From: a virus
Lineage: Duplodnaviria > Caudoviricetes
IMG/VR virus record: IMGVR_UViG_3300025771_000033
Location: 1 to 56,111 of that record
DNA length: 56,111 nt
Direction: 5' to 3' (one strand)
Shown here: positions 25,736 to 36,269 of the stretch, one piece after another
Position numbering within the stretch: position 1 is the stretch's first letter
Layout of the letters: every line of letters begins with the position of its first letter
Program-made: the position numbers and the translations under genes
The notes under the pieces: model-generated
What the model was told of the DNA's origin: nothing
Databases searched by the model: none
Seen by the model: the letters and a program-made list of their open reading frames with translations, nothing else

Positions 25736-27829
25736 TTATTCTACAGATTCAAATTTGCCATTACCCATGTATCTACCAAAACGACCGCTAGGTAGTTTAT
25801 AAATTGTGCCTTTTTTAGGTTCTTGCTTTACAGTCTTTGCATTTCTTCCTCGACCTCTCGTAACAGAAATTTTACCGTCACTGCCAAGAGTCTGAACATT
25901 TCCACTTTCAATAAGCGCCTTTGCTTGCCTTTCTTCAGATATTACTCTTGCTTCTTTTTGAACCTTATTATAATCTTTACCAGTGTCTCTCAACTTATCT
26001 AACAATCTTTCAGCAACCCGTTCAAATTCAACAAGACGTGGATCAGTACTATCCAGAACATCACCACCAATCTTTAGACCTTCGTCATCAAAGACGTAGC
26101 CAAACTGACCAGCAACAATTTGCCGAACTGTTTTTGCATCATTGCGATCTATCTTACCAAGCTTTGCCCTATCTGTTAGAGCTTTGATATTTTCTGTTTC
26201 AGCCTCCAACATGCTGTTATAAATATCTGTAGCTGTTTTAATAGCATTTAGATCAGCAGTAGCCATTCTTAATTCGTAGGTTGCATCTTCCTTTTCAGCT
26301 TTTGTAGTTGCTGCGTCTATTTTTTCTTGTGCATTGCTTAGTTTATCAGCTAATTTATTTTCTTGTTCAACAGTAGCCAAGCTTGCTGCTCTTTGCAAAG
26401 CAATGTTTTCGGATTCAATCGTAGCTTCTTTAGTTTTTCTTTCCTGCTGCATCTTTGATCTTTCAGACATAAACGCTGGAAGCGCCACATTCAACGCACC
26501 AACCAAACCTTTAGTCTCCACATCCGGAGCATACAAAGCTTTCATTGCTTCACCTGTAGGACCAGAGAAAGTATCAACACCTTCAAACTGTTTCATCAAA
26601 GCTGCTTTTTGATTTGCAATACTTTCTTGTGCTATTCTATCTGCATCAGTTATATATTTTCTTCCTGCTTGCTCAATAGCCTTTCTCCTAGCTACGTCTC
26701 TTGCTATAGCCGCTTGATCAAGTTTACGTTGTCCTTCAAGACCTCCTGTTGGACGAGGAAGACCCCTCTGCATTGTTCTTGCAACCAACGGCGAAACACC
26801 AACTCTTGTACCGGCTTGACGCTTAACAACAGGCAAGGAAGCTAGACCACCAGCAACAGAGCCTCCACCCCTTCTAAATATATTACCAAGAGAGAAATCA
26901 GAAAGATTAAAACTACCTTTAGTACCTGCACCAAAAGTAGATAAGCCTGTAAGACCCAGACCAAGAAGCTGCTGTCCCATAGAAGTTGTAGGCTGCAATA
27001 CCCCAGTTGTTGCCTGAGTTGTATCAGGAGTTCTCAAGAATGGATTACCATAAACAAAACTAGAGTACTGAGCAAGAGTACTTTCAGGGAACTGCTCACG
27101 CTCAAGAAACTCTGCATACTGTTCGTTTATCAGAGCCTGTGCTTCAGCACGATCTTCCTGACCAAGCTGCTGCTGTAGTCCTCGTTCAGCCAATCCAATA
27201 TTAAATCGCTGCGTACCAATATCACCAATATCAAAAGCTCTCTGACGTTGGGTTGCGGTTTCATCTCCAAACTGCCTATAAGCCTGTTCAAAGGCACGTT
27301 GCTGTCCCTTGGCTTCTATATCAGCAAGCAACTGACTTTGCGCTCTCTGAGCCTCTGCGGCCTGTACAGCAGCCCTCGTACCTAGACCAGACATTCCTCC
27401 AGCTTGTATGGCCCTTGCCTCTAGTGCTGGCTGTACGTCACGTTCAAATGCCCTCTGAGCTTCTCGCTTTTCTATGTCTGTTACAGCACGTTGATAGGGA
27501 CTCATCAGACGCTGCGCTTCTTCAGCAGTAAACTGAGTAGGCGTTGTCCTAATCATTTGTTCAGCTTCAGCACGATAAGGTTCTTGAGTCCCTACAAGAC
27601 TACGCAACCCTTCCATTGCTGCCAACTCTTCAGCAGTTCTAGGCGCAACAGTTTCACCGGGAAACTCTTTATATCCTTCTCCTTTGCGCTGCTCATAAAG
27701 CTGCTGCGCCTCACCAAGAACTTCTTTAACAAACGGAGCTATCTCTTCTGGAAGCTTAGAAGTTGTTACCTGAGTGGTTGTAGTTGGCGTTGGTTTACTT
27801 CTGCCAAACAAAAAATCTAAAACAGACAT
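25736..27829 (-). CDS. internal virion / DNA pilot protein (putative)
   Basis: Q/A-rich coiled coil, MSPYQ..V, GGMSGLGTR, TM-like LLGLGLTGL. Confidence 0.6.
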   Translation of the reverse strand: MSVLDFLFGRSKPTPTTTTQVTTSKLPEEIAPFVKEVLGEAQQLYEQRKGEGYKEFPGETVAPRTAEELAAMEGLRSLVGTQEPYRAEAEQMIRTTPTQFTAEEAQRLMSPYQRAVTDIEKREAQRAFERDVQPALEARAIQAGGMSGLGTRAAVQAAEAQRAQSQLLADIEAKGQQRAFEQAYRQFGDETATQRQRAFDIGDIGTQRFNIGLAERGLQQQLGQEDRAEAQALINEQYAEFLEREQFPESTLAQYSSFVYGNPFLRTPDTTQATTGVLQPTTSMGQQLLGLGLTGLSTFGAGTKGSFNLSDFSLGNIFRRGGGSVAGGLASLPVVKRQAGTRVGVSPLVARTMQRGLPRPTGGLEGQRKLDQAAIARDVARRKAIEQAGRKYITDADRIAQESIANQKAALMKQFEGVDTFSGPTGEAMKALYAPDVETKGLVGALNVALPAFMSERSKMQQERKTKEATIESENIALQRAASLATVEQENKLADKLSNAQEKIDAATTKAEKEDATYELRMATADLNAIKTATDIYNSMLEAETENIKALTDRAKLGKIDRNDAKTVRQIVAGQFGYVFDDEGLKIGGDVLDSTDPRLVEFERVAERLLDKLRDTGKDYNKVQKEARVISEERQAKALIESGNVQTLGSDGKISVTRGRGRNAKTVKQEPKKGTIYKLPSGRFGRYMGNGKFESVE

Positions 27830-27839
27830 TATGCTTTCC

Positions 27840-28466
27840 TTATCCTATATTTGATTCTAGAGCCTGTTGCAACGAGGCAAGGCCATTAATTTGATTCGGC
27901 TGTTTGGTTGTACCAAATGCTTCTTGCCGTATATCTTTAATTGTTTTGTCTAGTACTTTTGCACCAGCATCAGAACTTCCATTTCCAAGAGCAGCTACTG
28001 TAGCAGCATCTACAATATACTCATCAGGGCTAACAGCAAGTGTAGCAACCTGTTGTCCTTCAGCCCTATCTACTATTGGCATGTAAACATTATCCTCCAT
28101 ACCATGACCTTCGCCGGGAACCATACCAGAGTATCCACTATACACCATACCACCTTCTTTGGCCTGACGCATCTTCATCATAGCAAGATTATCTAACTGT
28201 GACTCAGTTCTCAATGCATTTTGAATTGCTTTTACTCGTGCCATTCTTTGAGGGTCAGAAGGCATTGGCTGTGCTGGAGCGGGAGACATTGGAGCCATTG
28301 GAGGTGGTTGCATCTGCCCCATCTCTCTTTCCATAGCATCTTGATTAGATGTACTTAGTACTCTTTTAGCATTGTCTACTTGTTCACGAGTAATCCCAGC
28401 CCTTGCAGCTAAGTTATCAAGCGCACTCAATCTAACAGTTTCTTTGATATCTTGATTTATATTCAT
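27840..28466 (-). CDS. virion-associated protein
   Basis: GG.V.G.G.G.ED...SPDEYIV.A..V..LGNGSSDAGA motif block. Confidence 0.6.
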   Translation of the reverse strand: MNINQDIKETVRLSALDNLAARAGITREQVDNAKRVLSTSNQDAMEREMGQMQPPPMAPMSPAPAQPMPSDPQRMARVKAIQNALRTESQLDNLAMMKMRQAKEGGMVYSGYSGMVPGEGHGMEDNVYMPIVDRAEGQQVATLAVSPDEYIVDAATVAALGNGSSDAGAKVLDKTIKDIRQEAFGTTKQPNQINGLASLQQALESNIG

Positions 28467-28669
28467 TTTATTCGCCCATAATTAGATTGAGAAAAGGTTT
28501 GATCTGCAATAAAGTTACTATTATTATTATACACCGAATCCTTGATTTTCCCAAATTCTTTTATTTTCTGGTCCATGCGAAATCTACTGTGATCTATAAA
28601 CTGACCAGTGTTTAGGTTACCAAAAAAAGTGCTGCTATTAATAAGATTGATGCGATCTCTATTATCCAT
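28463..28669 (-). CDS. hypothetical protein
   Basis: Coupled between neighbours. Confidence 0.5.
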   Translation of the reverse strand: MDNRDRINLINSSTFFGNLNTGQFIDHSRFRMDQKIKEFGKIKDSVYNNNSNFIADQTFSQSNYGRIK

Positions 28670-28944
28670 TAGTTTAAGTCCTGCCAAGATGTTTCAATAC
28701 CAAGACTTACATATCCTTTAAACTTCCCCGTGCTTGCTGAATATGCTATGTCTCCCTTCTGTGGTCGTCCAATACTTGTAACAGTTACCACACGATAAAT
28801 ATTACTTGCTGGTGTACTATCTACCACAGTATCTCTATTGTTTAGTTCACTAATTAGTATTGATCCCCATCGTTGTATTTCATTATACATCCGTCTGATG
28901 TCATCCGTAGACATATTCTGCGGAAGGGTTGGGTATCTTGCCAT
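28669..28944 (-). CDS. small tail-associated protein
   Basis: Coupled start after tail protein. Confidence 0.55.
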   Translation of the reverse strand: MARYPTLPQNMSTDDIRRMYNEIQRWGSILISELNNRDTVVDSTPASNIYRVVTVTSIGRPQKGDIAYSASTGKFKGYVSLGIETSWQDLN

Positions 28945-30791
28945 TACCTTGCTCCATCACCTTGTATGCCAAGCCGAATCGATCCCCAACGCCAGCTTGC
29001 ATTATTTGAAGCACAAGATACCCGTACCTTCGCTTGCCTTCCTCTACTCCTGAAGTTTACTTTTTCTGTTGTATTCGTAATATCAAACTCTTTTGTTACT
29101 GACTCGGTGCTTTCTGGATACTGCTTGGTTGTAAACTTCATCTTTATCTTACCACCAGACAAATCATAGTCAGGAATAATCCTATTCATAAACATGATAG
29201 CGTTACCATCATCAATGTCAAAATCGCCAGACTCAATAAAAGATGTAATCGCTTCACCACTACCCGTGAAGACAGATACAGGTTCATTGTTATAAATATT
29301 ATTACCAGCAGCAGTAACGCCTGTTGTAATTGTGTTTCCAAAAACTTCCTTATCTGCAAAAGTTGTAAAGATCATTTCGCCGTATATCCAATAGTCATCT
29401 ACTGGATTATATATTACATATTTATTACATTCAGTATTATTACCAGAAGGGTACAACCAAACTATCTCATTGAACTCTGAGTTCAGTCCTGCGTATACTT
29501 TATCATAATACTCTCTATTGATATCATCAAAGATATAACGACGTACCGTACATCGTACATCTTCTACTTGACCAGTAAATTTATGAAAGTTATCAAAACC
29601 CATCCAATATGTAACACCACCAAAGTCAATACCAGCATGTTGGCCCACCATACCACAGTTTGTACCAGCCTGTGTAAATCTAAAGGTAAATGGAGGCCCA
29701 GCAAACTCCATTAGCCACAATGCATTATCTGTCCAAATGTTAATAGCATTCTTAGAGCGAACTGCCCCTACAATTTCTGTGCCATCAGTAAGAACAACCT
29801 CGCCAGAAGTAGAACTTACAGAAGGAACCCAGTTAGTTCTATCATCTTGGTCTGACCAACGCACCAGCATAGGATTAAAGGTGCCACTTACAGTAGCAGA
29901 AGGTGAGTATTGATTAGTACCCAGACAAATAAGATGCCTATCATTTGGCGACACAATAATAGAATTAGAACTTACTGGAGAAGTAGTAACAGACGTTGCT
30001 CTTGTAGGTATAGTAGATGCATCACTATCAAAGTAGAATATATTGCTACCTTTACGATTGGCTATAACATCTTCACCCCAGTTATCAAGACTCCACTGCG
30101 TAATATCAAATACAATACCAGATGATCCAGCAGATGCAGGTTGGTTCCATGCCCTTGTGTTTGACGCACAGACAGTAGCTTGATATCTAGCGGCACCGTA
30201 TCCAAGACCAGCAGCGGCTATGGAGTTACCAGTAGGTATGTAATAATTAAAGGTTGCTTTACCTACGCCAGTTTCTGTGGTATCTGCTGCCGCTGTAACA
30301 TTAATAGTAAATACATTTGTATTCTCAACAGATACAATTGGATATGTATTATTAGCAAGACTAACATTACTTGATCCTATAGCAGAAGTAGACGTAAAGA
30401 AAACATAATCACCAACAGATCGGTTATGAGCAGTATCAGAACAACATACTCGCACACTACCAGACGAAGTGCCAAAGCAAGCCGTAAGAGTTACCGCTGT
30501 AGTAATAGGAGTAATGTCATATAGCTGATCACCCTCATGTGCATATAGCTTATCAGGAGTTCCAAAGATAGCTCTTTTCTTGCTTTGAGAATCAGACCAC
30601 ACAATCAAGTCTCTGGCAGAGCCATCAAAGGTTTCTCCCAAAGCTCTTGTCTCATAGCCACGCATGTTCTCTGGACGACCTGCACGAAAGCGTACATAGT
30701 TACCATCAAACCAACGCTGACCTTCAGCATAAGGCGTAGTTTCTCTATGAAACCCCTGCTGAAATTCAAACTTTGCTAGTTTAGTCGCCAT
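28944..30791 (-). CDS. tail tubular / nozzle-like stabilisation protein (P22 gp10-like)
   Basis: Beta-rich; WSLDNWGED, VRWSDQ, FNEIVWLYP, RGRQ. Confidence 0.7.
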   Translation of the reverse strand: MATKLAKFEFQQGFHRETTPYAEGQRWFDGNYVRFRAGRPENMRGYETRALGETFDGSARDLIVWSDSQSKKRAIFGTPDKLYAHEGDQLYDITPITTAVTLTACFGTSSGSVRVCCSDTAHNRSVGDYVFFTSTSAIGSSNVSLANNTYPIVSVENTNVFTINVTAAADTTETGVGKATFNYYIPTGNSIAAAGLGYGAARYQATVCASNTRAWNQPASAGSSGIVFDITQWSLDNWGEDVIANRKGSNIFYFDSDASTIPTRATSVTTSPVSSNSIIVSPNDRHLICLGTNQYSPSATVSGTFNPMLVRWSDQDDRTNWVPSVSSTSGEVVLTDGTEIVGAVRSKNAINIWTDNALWLMEFAGPPFTFRFTQAGTNCGMVGQHAGIDFGGVTYWMGFDNFHKFTGQVEDVRCTVRRYIFDDINREYYDKVYAGLNSEFNEIVWLYPSGNNTECNKYVIYNPVDDYWIYGEMIFTTFADKEVFGNTITTGVTAAGNNIYNNEPVSVFTGSGEAITSFIESGDFDIDDGNAIMFMNRIIPDYDLSGGKIKMKFTTKQYPESTESVTKEFDITNTTEKVNFRSRGRQAKVRVSCASNNASWRWGSIRLGIQGDGAR

Positions 30792-31753
30792 TATCGTGTA
30801 AAGTTCTTTATAAGAATTGAATCAACTTTAGTGGTAGTTCTAACTGCATAGAACAGAATATCTACCGCAGCAGCACTAGATGTAAGAGTTGGAACAGTTC
30901 CATCAGGAAACTGATAAGCTGTATTATAACTTAGTGTACGATTTCCGGTAGCATCTTGAATAACAAAAATATGTCCAGTAGCTCCAATATTTGTAGATGT
31001 ATTAGTAGGAGCAGCTAATGTTCTATTACCAGCTAGAGTAACAGCAAAGACATTGCTAGTATTTAGATCAGGCACTACAGACGTTGCATCTGCAAGAGTA
31101 ACAACTGGAGCAAAAGCACCTGTCATAAATTTACCCTTACCAGAAACAGTTACGGTGCTACCGAAGTATGCAGCCCCTCCAACACTCAAAGTAGAAGCAA
31201 GACTTACCGCCCCCGCTACAGTAAGAGTACCGCTTATATTTGCATTTCCGCCTATATTTGTATTTCCGCTTACGCTTGCATTGCCTTTTACATCAAGATT
31301 ACCAGTTGCTGTGATGTTAGTAAAAGTAGTTTGTGCTACAGGAAGAACAGTTGTTCCATTTGTAACATACATTGCAGTAGAATCATCAGTAATAGTTACG
31401 CCAGTATTACCAGCCACCTTCAGAACAATAGCATCACTACTATCATTATAGGAAACAGAGTTTCTTACAACATATGCTTTTGAATTATTAGGTATAAGAA
31501 CATTAATAGTATTATGCGCTCCACCCACACTACCTTTAAATTCAAGAATAGCAGAACGTGACTGATCACCAGAACCCTGATTTTCACTCAAAGTAACAGT
31601 TGCAGCACTGCCAAGAGATACAGTAGTATACCCAGCAATGGCATCATCAACAAGACTGATAACTCCATTATTAAGGATTTGACCCCAACTATTTGGATTT
31701 TCTCCGTCTGCTTGTTTTGTCAGTCGAAGATTGGTTGTGTATGTGCTTGCCAT
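30791..31753 (-). CDS. tail fibre / fibre-adaptor protein
   Basis: MASTYT..L.L...GEN..WG N-terminus; TVAGAVSLASTLSVGG repeat; QDATGNRTL..PTL C-domain. Confidence 0.7.
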   Translation of the reverse strand: MASTYTTNLRLTKQADGENPNSWGQILNNGVISLVDDAIAGYTTVSLGSAATVTLSENQGSGDQSRSAILEFKGSVGGAHNTINVLIPNNSKAYVVRNSVSYNDSSDAIVLKVAGNTGVTITDDSTAMYVTNGTTVLPVAQTTFTNITATGNLDVKGNASVSGNTNIGGNANISGTLTVAGAVSLASTLSVGGAAYFGSTVTVSGKGKFMTGAFAPVVTLADATSVVPDLNTSNVFAVTLAGNRTLAAPTNTSTNIGATGHIFVIQDATGNRTLSYNTAYQFPDGTVPTLTSSAAAVDILFYAVRTTTKVDSILIKNFTR

Positions 31754-31956
31754 TAGACTGTCTTTCCTTTATCTTTCTTTCTACATTCTGAGTCTATTAT
31801 ATTAGTTTCTTCTGTTTGTCTAGCTATATCATAAATTATATTACTATATATAGCACAATCTTCTTTACTTAGAAAAGGACCAGTAACAGAACGTTCTAAA
31901 AGAGGTTCTCCTGTCGGGAGCATTGAAATCATAATTACAGAAATAAAATAATACAT
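31753..31956 (-). CDS. small protein with hydrophobic N-terminus
   Basis: GPF.S.EDC..C pattern, AT-rich. Confidence 0.55.
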   Translation of the reverse strand: MYYFISVIMISMLPTGEPLLERSVTGPFLSKEDCAIYSNIIYDIARQTEETNIIDSECRKKDKGKTV

Positions 31957-32528
31957 TATTCTTCTAACTCAGGCCAATCATAAAGAATGCCAGATTTAGT
32001 TATGCTGCCATCATCTTCTTCAGTATACGTTACGAATAAAGCAGCGATTGCATCTGTATCAGCAGCACCATCAATAGCTGTTTCCATTTCAGTTGCTTTA
32101 GTACGAATAGCATCACGCCATGTCTGAATGTTAGTAGGTACCGCTGTATTATTATCAGTTTTACGTACAATAGCCCAATCAGTTTGAGAAAGAAGGCTGG
32201 CTTGCTGGTTTTTTACTTCTTGTTTTAAATTCCATTTAACTCCACGAGTAACAAGCTGATTACCATTTTCATCTAGAACAGGATTACCATCTCTATCAAC
32301 TTCATTTACATCATCTAAACTTTTAGCTGTAGATGTAATTGTACCATTAGAGTTTTGTGACCACTTATAAAGACGACTATCTGGAGGAGTTTCATTTATT
32401 ACTTCAACAAGACCAACAGCAGTTTTTTCTTCAGCAGACCAAACATGCCAATTAGCAGGATGCTGCACACCGTTATCATCGGTCCATGCTTTACCTGTTC
32501 TAATTGTTCTGTTTCTATATTGCCACAT
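31956..32528 (-). CDS. tail fibre assembly / chaperone-like protein
   Basis: GVQHPANW, LLSQTDW.IVRK, WRDAIR; follows fibre gene. Confidence 0.65.
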   Translation of the reverse strand: MWQYRNRTIRTGKAWTDDNGVQHPANWHVWSAEEKTAVGLVEVINETPPDSRLYKWSQNSNGTITSTAKSLDDVNEVDRDGNPVLDENGNQLVTRGVKWNLKQEVKNQQASLLSQTDWAIVRKTDNNTAVPTNIQTWRDAIRTKATEMETAIDGAADTDAIAALFVTYTEEDDGSITKSGILYDWPELEE

Positions 32529-32541
32529 AATTTATTTCTCC

Positions 32542-35500
32542 TTATCGGGCTGTTGCTGTTTTGAATGGTGATTCGGCAAATGCCATATAGATAAATGTTC
32601 CCCCGCTTGCATTCATGGTCGAATTGCTGCTGCGAAACTTAAATCCGTTAGAAACAAAATCTACATTTCTAGTTCCTGCTCTTCCATCAAACTCAGCGTT
32701 GGCAATGTCAGTACGAAGTGTGCGACCGGCTACGTTGATCGGATCACGTGCTGAATCGTATATAAGCCAATCATTAACCGCATTAGACTGTTTTAGTATA
32801 ATTAGGTTGGGACGGAATCCGGTGTAAACAAAAGTCCCATCAGTCGCACCATTACCAGTGTAGCTGCTAAACTTGCTGAAGCCTTCTACTTCTGCAAACG
32901 AATACATAACATGAGAAGAAGAACTTGTGTTAATGCCAGCGCTATTACCTATCGTGAACACTGTAGAAGTTGGAGCAGCGTCAAATATATTCGTTGCTGC
33001 TATAGCGGCATTGGTACCATCAAGTATGAGCCTTTGCGTATAACCTAAAGAAGCATGATAAACTTGCCATGAATAACTAGAGCTATCTAATTCTTTGAAC
33101 ATCACTAAAGAGGGTGTCTGTCCTAATCCATGCCCAATAGTTTGCGAAGATGTGGCATTCCCGGTATATGTTGCTATACTAAAACCACTCGTAGTATTGG
33201 CTAACACCGTTGACGTAATATCGCCATCAGCGTTGCTGCTTGTTGACAGGCTATCGTTGAGCCACTGCCATGCGACGTAACTTTCAGCACTGGTGTTTAC
33301 CTCTGCATCATTGCTAACTTCGAAACCATTTTTGAGGAAGCGAGTTAGTGTATTTGCATTGGTAACTTCAGCAGCAGTTGAATTTGAATGTATGTCTTTG
33401 GTAACGCCACGCACTGCATCAAAGAGCATGTGATTGTCTGCGGCGTCACGGTTCTTGATCCAGACAAATGCAGATAGGTCGCCGTTGCTTAATGGGAGGT
33501 TGTCGTTATTAAGATAATCAAATCCAGTTGGAGGGGCTATGCCATCCCCATTAGAACCAAACCTAACTATTGTCTTGGATCGGTCTGTCGAAATAGCAAA
33601 ATACTGATTATTCTCTGACATAGTATAAGTTGGAGATGTACCCGCTTCTGGATCACCGCCGCCAACCCATGTCCACGAACTATCCGTTGACTGGGCGTAA
33701 CCAAGCCAAAGTTCTTTGGTATCAGCATCGTATGCGACAATACCTTTATCACCAGCATTTCTAAGCTGGGCTGCGGTTATCTGATCGGCATTATCTTTTT
33801 TCGTAAACCCGTTGTAAAAATCTAAACCAGCATTTTCTTGGTTAGTCGTTTGACCAATCTTTGAACCAGATGTTACGTCTGTATTATTAGTATATGGGTC
33901 TGAGATAATTCCTATTGAAGATATACTGTCGGTGCCAGCAAGAGTAGAACTAACTGCCTCAATTTGAAATGTCCATTTACCACTGTTGGGCATACCAATT
34001 GTTGAAAAGGCTCTAGTGCTTGCAGAACCAGAGCCGCAATCCGCTACAAGGTTCCCATCGCTAAGAGTTACGTCTGACCCTTTTCGTAAAGGATTTAATG
34101 TAGCAAAATTTTCAGTAGGACTATCAGTTACCTGATCTGCCGCAGCAAGACCTGACTCAGTAAAGTTATTGCCGTTGCCCGAGGAGTCAGTACCAGCACC
34201 ACTTCCAGTACCCGGTGCAGTCTCCATGTCAAGGTAAAAGCCATTCGTACCAAACGTCAGACCACTAGCGTCTTTCGGAATCCAACGGTTTGTTGATGCG
34301 TCTAGTTGACCGAAGCTGTCCGGACCTAATGCTTGACCGTCGATGAAATATGTTTCAGCTAAGTAACCGTCAAAATAACCGTTTGCGCTGTAGGCACCAC
34401 GTGAGATGTTGTGTGCTAGGTTATTATTTACGGCGCTGTCATAATTCAAGGACGGATAGCTTTCTGTGCCAAAAATTGTTACTTGTGCGCCGTTGACATA
34501 CAACTTCATACGATCAGAGGAAGTCGCTTGTGTGGTGTCGTACTGAAGGACAAAGTGATACCAAGAGGAAGTATCACGAAATAGCTGTGTCGTTATAAGG
34601 TTTGAAGCAGTACCGCTGGAATAATCACTTATTCTCAACGTGTCATCCGACTGCCCAAACTGCATAATAAAGTCTAGTGTGCTTCCGTTTGCGGCACTAA
34701 AGACGATCTGCGGGACCGATCCATTAAACAGGCTTGCTCTTTTGACCCATGAAGAAAATGTCCAAGTTTTACGATTACCAGCACTGCCCGGAGTACGACT
34801 CAAATACGCCGAGTCATCGTCATTAAAGATAACACTATTAGGCACAGTGTAAGTTTCAGTGATAGGCTGGAATCCACCTACACGCTGTCCGCCGCCGTTT
34901 CCTTCATACAGTACAGTGTTGAAGTACTTCTCAGGTAGGGCAATGGTTGGGTCGGGGAGGTTGGCGGTAGTCAGTTCCTCAAAGCCTGTCGTTGGCGTAC
35001 CGCTAAGTGGCGAAAAAGTAGCAGTGATTACGGTGCCGGAACCATAAGGTGCACAACCAAAGTGCAGGCTGTCATGTCCCGTAAGTCCTACCGTATCACT
35101 GACACCTGTTGCCGCTGGGAAAATTTCTGTGCCGTCGTCAAAGATTGTAATGGTGTCGGCGCTGCTGTCATACTCAATTCGCATCAGTGAGTTGGCTGGC
35201 GCTGTCAACGTGGTCAGGACGCTCGCCGTTGGGTTTGCTTTAAAAACCTCACCATTTCCTAGATTAATTCCAAACATATTGGAATTGCCGGTTTTGTTTG
35301 TATGGTTTCCGTTTTGCATTATGCCAATCAAGCCAAATGTGCCTGACGATTTTTGAAACTCACAGACGTGTTTGCCACCGTCATCAATCGCAAACGTGCT
35401 GAAGGCTCGCTGGTAACTGTTACCGCTAGCCGTGGCTACAAGGTTGCCATCCGATAGAGTAACTCCAGAGAACAACGGGTTGAGAGTCGCTTGGTTATCA

Positions 35501-36258
35501 GTCGGGCTATCCGTAACCTGATCATCCGCAGTCAAGCCACTGCTGGTAAAGTCGTTCCCGTTGCCACTGTCGTCAGCACCTAAGTCAGCACTGTCAGCGC
35601 CTGTGATGTAAAAGCCGTTGGTTCCATAAGAGCCAGTGTAGGCAATCGGCACCCACTCTCCGGTGTCAGCGTTGGTTTCACCGAAGTCTGTGGGTGCTAA
35701 CTGCTGACCATCAACAAAGTTAATTTCTGCGAGATAGCCGTCATAATAGTTAGTACTTGCTGGGTGACGACCAATACGATGCACGACGTTATTGTTTATG
35801 TCGCCGCTTGCATTTTGAGAACCAGTTGCGTATTTAGTTGAGTAGTCAGTTACTTCTGAACCATTAACATAAAACCGCATTCTGCTATCGGCAGTTGCAT
35901 TGGTAGTGTCAAATGCCCAAACCAAATGATACCACGCTGATGGGTCTCTATATTTTGCAGCCGTTTCCCAATACCAGCCAGCATTATAAAGATTGAAAAA
36001 GGCTGAACCAGTGGCGTTTTCATTAATAGAGATATAACTAGGGCCACCCGCTGCACCAAAAATAATTTGCCGTGCAGTGCTTCCGGATAATTTAATCCAA
36101 GCACTCCAAGTCCATATCTGCCTATTTCCAGCACTGGCAAAGGTTTTTTCCAGATACGCCGAGTCATTGTCATTAAACCGGATTGACTGGTCGATGGTGT
36201 AACCAGCTCCAGCAGCAGCACCAGCGGCACCCATCAGAAGATTATTACTAAATACCAT
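32542..36258 (-). CDS. receptor-binding protein with duplicated LamG/ConA-like modules
   Basis: Two copies of S..FND.DSAYL...AGNR..WT.S.W.K / RD.S.WYH / DGYLAE..F.DGQ / GTNGFY / DSSGNGN.FT / DSPT.N.ATLNP. Confidence 0.8.
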   Translation of the reverse strand: MVFSNNLLMGAAGAAAGAGYTIDQSIRFNDNDSAYLEKTFASAGNRQIWTWSAWIKLSGSTARQIIFGAAGGPSYISINENATGSAFFNLYNAGWYWETAAKYRDPSAWYHLVWAFDTTNATADSRMRFYVNGSEVTDYSTKYATGSQNASGDINNNVVHRIGRHPASTNYYDGYLAEINFVDGQQLAPTDFGETNADTGEWVPIAYTGSYGTNGFYITGADSADLGADDSGNGNDFTSSGLTADDQVTDSPTDNQATLNPLFSGVTLSDGNLVATASGNSYQRAFSTFAIDDGGKHVCEFQKSSGTFGLIGIMQNGNHTNKTGNSNMFGINLGNGEVFKANPTASVLTTLTAPANSLMRIEYDSSADTITIFDDGTEIFPAATGVSDTVGLTGHDSLHFGCAPYGSGTVITATFSPLSGTPTTGFEELTTANLPDPTIALPEKYFNTVLYEGNGGGQRVGGFQPITETYTVPNSVIFNDDDSAYLSRTPGSAGNRKTWTFSSWVKRASLFNGSVPQIVFSAANGSTLDFIMQFGQSDDTLRISDYSSGTASNLITTQLFRDTSSWYHFVLQYDTTQATSSDRMKLYVNGAQVTIFGTESYPSLNYDSAVNNNLAHNISRGAYSANGYFDGYLAETYFIDGQALGPDSFGQLDASTNRWIPKDASGLTFGTNGFYLDMETAPGTGSGAGTDSSGNGNNFTESGLAAADQVTDSPTENFATLNPLRKGSDVTLSDGNLVADCGSGSASTRAFSTIGMPNSGKWTFQIEAVSSTLAGTDSISSIGIISDPYTNNTDVTSGSKIGQTTNQENAGLDFYNGFTKKDNADQITAAQLRNAGDKGIVAYDADTKELWLGYAQSTDSSWTWVGGGDPEAGTSPTYTMSENNQYFAISTDRSKTIVRFGSNGDGIAPPTGFDYLNNDNLPLSNGDLSAFVWIKNRDAADNHMLFDAVRGVTKDIHSNSTAAEVTNANTLTRFLKNGFEVSNDAEVNTSAESYVAWQWLNDSLSTSSNADGDITSTVLANTTSGFSIATYTGNATSSQTIGHGLGQTPSLVMFKELDSSSYSWQVYHASLGYTQRLILDGTNAAIAATNIFDAAPTSTVFTIGNSAGINTSSSSHVMYSFAEVEGFSKFSSYTGNGATDGTFVYTGFRPNLIILKQSNAVNDWLIYDSARDPINVAGRTLRTDIANAEFDGRAGTRNVDFVSNGFKFRSSNSTMNASGGTFIYMAFAESPFKTATAR

Positions 36259-36269
36259 TCTTATTAATC

